In this document: positions 18,061 through 24,911 of the stretch, piece by piece
How positions within the stretch are numbered: the stretch's first letter is position 1
Layout of the letters: every line of letters starts with the position of its first letter
From: a virus
Taxonomy: Duplodnaviria > Caudoviricetes
Strand: one strand, 5' to 3'
IMG/VR virus record: IMGVR_UViG_3300028048_000059
Location: 1 to 64,000 of that record
Length of the DNA stretch: 64,000 nucleotides
The notes under the pieces: model-generated
What the model was told of the DNA's origin: nothing
Seen by the model: only the letters and a program-made list of their open reading frames with translations
The model's database searches: none
Program-made: the position numbers and the translations under genes

Positions 18061-18186
18061 ATGAACTTCTACTACTACGATTACAACATCACCTGCGAGG
18101 AAATCTATTACAGCGAGGCGCACGAGGAAGAGCTGAAAGAAGAGCTGGAACGCTGGTTTGAGGAACATCCTGAGGAGCGGCTGTAA
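18061..18186 (+). CDS. 41-aa very acidic peptide
   Basis: Promoter TTGACA-N17-TATAAT at 17999-18027, GAGG RBS, terminator after the stop. Confidence 0.7.
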   Translation: MNFYYYDYNITCEEIYYSEAHEEELKEELERWFEEHPEERL

Positions 18187-20317
18187 GCCGCTTCTTTTTT
18201 TAACACGGGGAGTTAGTTAGGATAAACTAACTCGCCCGGCACGAAAGTTTTCGGAATTTTAACCAAGTTAAAATTCCGCGAAGAAGCACGCTGTTCCATG
18301 TTAAAATTCTGTTAACTTTTGCCTTAATAGGATTTTAACATCCGGGCGGCGAAGTTATTAACCGAATTTTAACGAAGTTAAAATTTGGTTACGGGTTACG
18401 CCGACCCCGTGTTAAGTTTAGGTTAATAATGGGCATGGATTTTAAATTGTTATTTCTTTTAATATAACCTTAACATAATTTTAAATTTGAAAATAAAATT
18501 AGTTGCGGGTTAACATAAATTTAACGTTACGGGTTAAGTTTTAGTTAAAACTAAAATTAAATTGGATTTGAAATTTAACATGAAATTAATAATGTAATTG
18601 TTTAACATGGACTTAACAATTCGGGCGGCGAAACGCTTAACGTAAACTTAACATTACTGTGGCTTTCAAAATGATACGCGGTTTTTGTTAAGTTTTAATA
18701 AAATTGAGGTAAAGTTTTTGTTAAGGTGCGGCCGCCCGAGGTTAAGATTTTGTTAAGTGTGCTACTGATATTCTATATTCTTAACATAAACTTAACAAAA
18801 GTGGGCGGTGGTTTTCTTAACATAGTTTTAACTTATTAAATCAATGTTAATTACGGGATACAAAATATATTATGTTAAATTTAAATGTATTTTTTGTTAA
18901 AGAAATGGGATGACGTTCCGCGTGATTTCTATTATTAATTCTATATTAAAAGCAAATTAAAATTACGTTAAGTTTTGGGATGAAATGTTAAAATCAAATT
19001 AAAATTTCAGGCGCGAATATTATTTTATAATTTCCGGTTTAACAAAATCTTTTCAAAATGTTATTTTAAATTTAACATTTAGGTTAAAATTATGTTTTCT
19101 TTAAAATGAAATTTAAGAGGTAGTATAAAATTAAATTACATTTAACAATAGGATTTGAAATGTTAATTTTAGGTAAAAATAAAATGATAATTTTTAATAT
19201 GAAATTTCAACAATCTTAATTCAAATTTAACAAACGCGGGGCGGGCGATATCTTAACATACACTTAACATCGCCCGAGGATTATAGTGTTAAGTTTGTGT
19301 TATGTGGCGCGCCGCCTTGTGTTAAGTTATTGTTAACAACAATAACTTAACATTAGATTTTTTTTATTATTATATTTATGTTAAGTCTGTGTAAAGTTGT
19401 GTTAAGTTCTGGTTTAATTTATGTTAAAACAAAATAAATTTATTATTCAACATATGGTTATAGGATAAGATTCCATTGCTCTGTTAAATGCATGTTAATT
19501 CCATGTGAATTTTAAACGACGTTCCTTTTGGGATAGTTAACCTAAACTTAACAATAATTATTTTTCTTCAAAAACATATTCAAACTTAACCCACTTTTCG
19601 GATTCTCTTAACCCAAACTTAACACAAAAAGGCGGTGGGATTTTTAATTCAAACTTAACAATGGTGCGGCCGCCATTAACCCAAACTTAACAATGAAATC
19701 GCCCGAGGGACTATTGTGATTTTAACGAACCATTTACGAAACCTTAACACACAACCATTTGATTTTGATATTTCGGGATGCGTCTTAACCTATCCATAAC
19801 GATTTCTTAACCTAAACTTAACATAAAAGGACGGCGGGGATCTTAACCCAAACTTAACACAAAGGGCGGTGCGAAAATTAAATTACATTTAACGTAATGG
19901 GATTGTTAAAAAATAGGCCGCCGCACGGAATATTTTTTAACTTGAATTTGAAATAGGATTTTTGTTTCCTATTCTCATCCTCTTCTATATTAACAAAACC
20001 TTAACGAAATAGGACGGCGGATATCTTCACACCAATTTAACATCGCCCGAGGCGCTGAATTCAAATGCGATTTTAGGATGAAATGGTATGTTATGGGGTG
20101 TTAATAAATACGCCGGCTGAACATTAAATTTGAATTTTTTATTTGATATGAGAATGAAATAGAAAAGCCACAACCATTATTATGCTATTATGTTGTATGG
20201 TATTGTATAGCGTTTATACAGAGAAAGCACATATGTGGTATCTATGGGATATTGTAATTATGTATGCCTTGTTTTCCCTTACCTTCTATGCTATAATGAA
20301 ATGATAGCACTACAATG

Positions 20318-20380
20318 GTATGTATGTATGTATGTGCTTGTATGTATGTATGTATGTATGTGCTTGTTTGTGTGCTTGCC
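20318..20380. repeat. (TATG)n-rich microsatellite
   Basis: Two runs of TATG units joined by TGCTTG. Confidence 0.85.
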
Positions 20381-20446
20381 TTCTACTTGTATGCACACAC
20401 ACAAAAAGAAGCAAGCGGCTTTTTCGCCGCTTGCTTTGTCCTTTGG

Positions 20447-20911
20447 TCAGCGCTGGCCACCCTTCTCACGGATGGCCCTCTGTGCCGCCTGCTCGGTGGT
20501 GACCTCGCCGCCCTCGAACTTGATCTGCACGTCGCGCCCGAGGATGTGGCAGTCACCTGCGACCCACCAAGGCGTGCTGTTCTTGACCCAAGCGCGGTGC
20601 TCGTAGGTCTCGACGCAATACTTTTCGACCGCATCGCCGTTGTTGTGCAGGCCCTGCGCTTCGATGTCAGCCCACTTGCAGAGGATGAAGGCGCCGGCCT
20701 TGATCATGGCCTTCTGCTTGGTGTTCGGCCGGAAACGGATCTGCTGCTGACGGCCCTTGTCAGCGCTGGTCGTGTCGTCAGAGTAGAAGCGCTCAGCTTC
20801 CTCGAACGTGTAGAACCGAGCCCACACGTCGTCGCGCACGCGCACGCACAGCATGATAGCGTCAGCACCGTTCAACTCTCTGTAAGCCTTGCGCATTTCG
20901 TTGTACGTCAT
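20447..20911 (-). CDS. Putative PD-(D/E)XK-fold protein (QxK variant)
   Basis: NNGDAVE...AGD...VQIK. AGAAAGG RBS, -10 TATAAT and terminator. Confidence 0.5.
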   Translation of the reverse strand: MTYNEMRKAYRELNGADAIMLCVRVRDDVWARFYTFEEAERFYSDDTTSADKGRQQQIRFRPNTKQKAMIKAGAFILCKWADIEAQGLHNNGDAVEKYCVETYEHRAWVKNSTPWWVAGDCHILGRDVQIKFEGGEVTTEQAAQRAIREKGGQR

Positions 20912-21147
20912 GTTGTCAACCGCCTTTCTTTCTCTTGTCCTTTGGACAAGTCCATTATAGCACGCGATTGTAAAGATACAACGTATTTCGTATTAAATCG
21001 AGATTAAAAAAATATGACATTTTTTTCTTAATTTTGTCACACTTTTGTCATACTTCTGTAATAATTAAGTCACTGAACCAATTAACGAAACTCTCGAAAT
21101 CTTAACAAAGGGCGGCCGAAACCGTTACGAAAACTTAACGAAACAAT

Positions 21148-21425
21148 TTAACATCCAGCTCGCGAAAAATTAACACACATTTAACGGGCCGCGTTTAACA
21201 TGCAGCTCGCAAAAAATTAACGCAAATTTAACGCAACGGCCTTAACATGCAGCTCGCTAAATCTTAACCTACCCTTAACAAAGCGGTAATATGCAGCTCG
21301 CGAAAAATTAACGAAAACTTAACGTGCCGTTAGCTTGCAGCTCGCGAAACCTTAACGCGCGCTTAACGCGCGCGTTACTTGCAGCTCGCGAGCGCTTAAC
21401 GAAACCTTAACGAAACCTTAACGCA
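21148..21425 (+). repeat. Tandem array of CAGCTCGC + TTAAC-N6-TTAAC (6 copies)
   Basis: Cores at 21156, 21203, 21250, 21294, 21338, 21382 (spacing 47, 47, 44, 44, 44). Confidence 0.9.
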
Positions 21426-21507
21426 TGGGGCGGCTGAAACCTTAACCGGCGCTTAACACAGAGGGCGGCGAAATCCTTAACCGCCAGTTAACCTTTCAAT
21501 GTGGTAG

Positions 21508-21608
21508 CATGGTAAAGCGATAGCATACTATCATGGTAAAGTGCTAACATGCTATTGTATTACCATGGTAAAGTGTTACCACTTTACCATGGTAGCATGG
21601 TAAAGCGA
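21508..21608. repeat. CATGGTAAAG repeats with a perfect 15-bp inverted repeat
   Basis: TACCATGGTAAAGTG-ttac-CACTTTACCATGGTA at 21561-21594. Confidence 0.85.
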
Positions 21609-21657
21609 CAAAGGAAAAGGCAAGGCAGACGCTTGCCTGCCTTACCTTGAATGGCTC

Positions 21658-21810
21658 CTATTCAAGGAACCATTCAAGTTCCTGCCTGCTCATGCCCACC
21701 TTGTTTGCAACATACTCCAAAACGTCGTCACTGTAATCACCATCAAGAGGATCGTCTATGTTGTGCGCTTTGTACCATTCTGCGAATGCTTTATCAATCT
21801 TTCTGATCAT
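21658..21810 (-). CDS. 50-aa acidic protein (family F; not in ORF track)
   Basis: AAGGAAGG RBS, MIRKIDKAFAEWYKAHNIDDPLD...ELEWFLE. Confidence 0.75.
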   Translation of the reverse strand: MIRKIDKAFAEWYKAHNIDDPLDGDYSDDVLEYVANKVGMSRQELEWFLE

Positions 21811-21864
21811 TGTATTCCTTCCTTTCTTTCCTTGCCTTTGTTGCCTTTTGCCTTGCGCAAGCCC

Positions 21865-22410
21865 TTAAAAGGGCTTGCGCTTTCCGCTTCTCAGGTTAGT
21901 TCCGTCAAAATCGCGTTCCTTCCATGTATTCATCCAACTCACGACTTTGCTGACCTTCTGTGGCAACCTGACCTTGTAACCGCCTCTTTTTGTATCTGTA
22001 TCCATCCGCCCGAACTGAATTGCAAGCGTGTACAGTTCCCACTTGCTCATGCTGTACACTCTCATGGTATCAGCATTATCGCACCAGTCCACAAACCAGA
22101 ATCGCGTTGCCTTTACCGTCCGAGCCCAACGTTTCACAGCCTGCATGGGCGTTTCACCGTCATTAATGTGGACCAACGTGGCCCCATAGGTCTTAACCTC
22201 AGCATTCATGGTCGGAATGTCGGCCCCAACGGTGAAGTCATCAGGGGTAATACGGAGCGGTTCGCCCATTCTCTTGTGCTCAGCAAGCTCGGACGCTTGC
22301 CCTTTGTTCACAAGACTGTTTTCGTATTCGAAAACATGTACAGGGGTGTATTCGACTTTCACCAGTTCCATGAAAGTATGCAGGTTGCGCAACTCATGAT
22401 CAAACTTCAT
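21865..22410 (-). CDS. Putative PD-(D/E)XK-fold nuclease
   Basis: NKGQASE...GAD...AEVK. Promoter at 22496-22524. Confidence 0.5.
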   Translation of the reverse strand: MKFDHELRNLHTFMELVKVEYTPVHVFEYENSLVNKGQASELAEHKRMGEPLRITPDDFTVGADIPTMNAEVKTYGATLVHINDGETPMQAVKRWARTVKATRFWFVDWCDNADTMRVYSMSKWELYTLAIQFGRMDTDTKRGGYKVRLPQKVSKVVSWMNTWKERDFDGTNLRSGKRKPF

Positions 22411-22495
22411 TGTAGCCCTTCCTTCCTTCCCTTTATGGGGGGGGAACCCCTTCTAACCTGCCGTGCGGCCGTCCTCTTGCCGTCCGACTGATTGA

Positions 22496-22524
22496 ATTAT
22501 AGCATTGAAATAAGCATACGTCAA
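22496..22524 (-). promoter_or_regulatory. Leftward sigmaA promoter
   Basis: TTGACG-N17-TATAAT with TG. Confidence 0.85.
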
Positions 22525-22697
22525 GCCCTTTTTTCTGAAATTCTCTAATTCTCTACATTTTCAGCAAGTTGCACAAAAATCCAGCTTGGGGGTTGTATAA
22601 AGGATACAGGTTTTCGCGGTTTCTTTACATACCTTGCCGTCCCAATCTTCCACCAACTTTTTTAAAAATCAACTTTTTTAAAAATTAACTCAAACAC

Positions 22698-22726
22698 TTG
22701 ACTTTTTCACCAACCTATGCTATATT
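22698..22726 (+). promoter_or_regulatory. Rightward sigmaA-type promoter for the packaging/morphogenesis genes
   Basis: TTGACT-N17-TATATT with TG. Confidence 0.75.
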
Positions 22727-22744
22727 ATAGAAGAGGTGAGGAAT

Positions 22745-24049
22745 ATGAAAAAATCCTATTCCCTCGATTACTCCATCGAACGCGATGTAGATCGTCTACA
22801 CGCAATTGAAGACATACTTGATAAGTTACCAACCACCCCAACTCCAAACGAGTTGGAACAAATGGCATCATACATATTGTATGGCAAGGATGAAGAGGGA
22901 AAAAACGCAGTACAACGAGGAGAAACAACCGACGGCGACAAGCGCTACAAATCGTTTGCCCGCACCGAAGACAAAAATCTTTCCCTCGATGAAATACTTG
23001 ATAATCCGTTGGCAGACCAAACAAACTTGCGGCCCGCCACAGAACGTTACATTTATACAAAGAAAAAAACCGACATCACACGACCCAAAGGCGACGACCC
23101 AGGCGATTCCATCATACCAGGAATGCAACAACTGTGGGACCGCATTGATTATTTGGAGCATGTGGTTGCCGTCAACGAAGGCCGCGCACCAGCCGACCCA
23201 TCCGTCACCATCCTACGTGACAACTACCGCCTCTATCAATTGAAACACATGCTCATCGATTTGCGGCGCGAACAATATTATTTGAAGGATTCATGGAATC
23301 CACCAATTCATTTTCTCGCAGTAACACCGCCCAAACCCCAAACCTACAACTGGGATCAAGATACGGCCTACTGGTTAACGGAAGAACAATGGCGCGCCAA
23401 ATTGGCGGCTTCCTACTACCCCTACGACCGCGACATTTCTCACTACAAAACCAAGGTCGATTCCGACGGCACCACTTGGGTGCGGTGGGTAGTGCGGCGC
23501 CACCATTTCGATTGGGAAAACCCAGTCCACATTCATGCGCTCATTGATCATTACAGCAATATTTATATGCAGGTGTATGATAAGATGGATAGCTGGGGCC
23601 GCACCCTTATTTATGATTTCGACAGATATTTTGATATGTGTCACTTTTCTCCCTTGCGCGAATACGTGTTAACCTTACGTATAGATCGTATGACTTGCGC
23701 GCAAATTGCAGTTGCCGTTAAAGAGAAATTTGGCATTGATTATACGGAAAACTACATTAGCACAATTTTAGCAAAAGAAATTCCAAGAACCATGGCGGCC
23801 GTCGTAAAAAAGCATAGATTGCTCTTAGAGACACCACCTCAACACCGGAAGGCATGTCCACGTTGTGGCCGCATCCTTCCACTCGACCCGCTATTTTTTG
23901 GGCGCAACAAAAACCGCAAAACCGGCTATGCTAGCGCTTGTAAAGATTGCGAAAAATTAAGACGTATACGAGGAGGTCAATCAGTTAATGATCGAAGAAG
24001 TAAAGACTCGGCGGTGTATGAAGTGCCGCAAGGAGAAACCAGAAACTGA
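22745..24049 (+). CDS. Hypothetical DNA-binding protein (HTH-like plus C-terminal zinc ribbon)
   Basis: CPRC...CKDC and an HTH-like MTCAQIAVAVKEKFG segment. Precedes the terminase genes. Confidence 0.6.
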   Translation: MKKSYSLDYSIERDVDRLHAIEDILDKLPTTPTPNELEQMASYILYGKDEEGKNAVQRGETTDGDKRYKSFARTEDKNLSLDEILDNPLADQTNLRPATERYIYTKKKTDITRPKGDDPGDSIIPGMQQLWDRIDYLEHVVAVNEGRAPADPSVTILRDNYRLYQLKHMLIDLRREQYYLKDSWNPPIHFLAVTPPKPQTYNWDQDTAYWLTEEQWRAKLAASYYPYDRDISHYKTKVDSDGTTWVRWVVRRHHFDWENPVHIHALIDHYSNIYMQVYDKMDSWGRTLIYDFDRYFDMCHFSPLREYVLTLRIDRMTCAQIAVAVKEKFGIDYTENYISTILAKEIPRTMAAVVKKHRLLLETPPQHRKACPRCGRILPLDPLFFGRNKNRKTGYASACKDCEKLRRIRGGQSVNDRRSKDSAVYEVPQGETRN

Positions 24050-24911
24050 TTTCCAATATACGCCATCCAAGTTCTTCCCAGCACATCGTTCTCTCATTTG
24101 TACTTCTTGCTTGGAAGCAATGACGCCACAAGACAATTTCGGTGAAGTGGATAGATTGTGTCGCTACCTAGATCTTCCTTTCGATCTAGATAAATGGTCA
24201 CAGCTATATGCGATTCATGGCGATCACACCCTATCTGCATATTTTAATACGCTACTTGATGACCACTATCAAGCATTGCAATGGGCAGACGAAAACGAAC
24301 GATGGCGTTTGGCTCGTGCAGAAGGCACAATTGACGAAGAAATTCAAGCCATTTCGGCGGCAAAAATCGCACGGTTGCGCCGCCAATGGTCGTCCGTATA
24401 CTCTACGGAAGAGCTACTTTTTCTAGAAGATTATTATAATCAAATTGTTGCAACCCAAAATGTGTCTACTCCAATTTTACAAAACTATGCACGTGACCTT
24501 TGTGAAATTGAGTTGCGTATTAAGAAAGGATTGCGTGACGGGGCGGATATAAAAAAGGATATGGACGCCCGAGACAATATTATTAAAATCGCGAAATTTG
24601 AAGCCAGTAATGCCAAGAATGCGGCCGACTTTGAATCTGTTGGTGAACTCATGGTTTACTATGGCAAGAAAGGCTGGCATCCTAAGTGGCATACAGAGCC
24701 AAAGGATTCTGTTGATTTCTGTATGGAAAATATTCAAAACTATCTGAAGAGACTTGTTACTAATGAAGGGAATTTTTCAGAGCAAGTAGAAGATGCAAAA
24801 GCACGCTACAACCTAACTGAACGGCTAGAAGAAATTGAAAATGAAGATGTAGAAACCGATGGCGGCGACATTGAATATGAAGATGATGATATAGGTGATG
24901 TCGATGAATGA
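23988..24911 (+). CDS. Putative terminase small subunit (zinc-finger protein)
   Basis: CMKC...CTSC, AGGAGG RBS, immediately upstream of terL. Call is positional. Confidence 0.5.
   Translation: MIEEVKTRRCMKCRKEKPETDFQYTPSKFFPAHRSLICTSCLEAMTPQDNFGEVDRLCRYLDLPFDLDKWSQLYAIHGDHTLSAYFNTLLDDHYQALQWADENERWRLARAEGTIDEEIQAISAAKIARLRRQWSSVYSTEELLFLEDYYNQIVATQNVSTPILQNYARDLCEIELRIKKGLRDGADIKKDMDARDNIIKIAKFEASNAKNAADFESVGELMVYYGKKGWHPKWHTEPKDSVDFCMENIQNYLKRLVTNEGNFSEQVEDAKARYNLTERLEEIENEDVETDGGDIEYEDDDIGDVDE

Larger units (their letters stand above)
16161..18232. repeat. 22-bp palindrome AGTTAGTT-N6-AACTAACT, 14 copies, mostly 45-bp period
   Basis: Starts at 16161, 16800, 16879, 16924, 16969, 17014, 17059, 17104, 17233 (inverted), 17279 (inverted), 17324, 17369, 17414, 18211. 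Confidence 0.95.
13440..21490. repeat. Single-arm variants TTAAC..GGGCGGC-N~7-TTAAC-N6-TTAAC (>20 copies)
   Basis: Examples at ~13448, 13483, 14864, 14897, 14985, 15441, 15476, 15601, 16089, 16125, 16764, 17900, 18343, 18623, 21428, 21463. Confidence 0.85.

Noticed and set aside
121-21490. CtrA boxes (TTAA-N7-TTAA)
   Set aside because: The sequence fits, but CtrA is alphaproteobacterial and the promoters, RBSs and gene order point to Firmicutes. Treated as a generic OmpR-family match.
170-22491. Antisense or overlapping ORFs in the track (e.g. 170..565-, 2096..2644+, 3521..4066-, 5549..6418+, 16280..16738+, 20315..21007+, 21763..22491+)
   Set aside because: They are shadows of genes on the opposite strand that have a promoter, RBS and terminator; they have no signals of their own.
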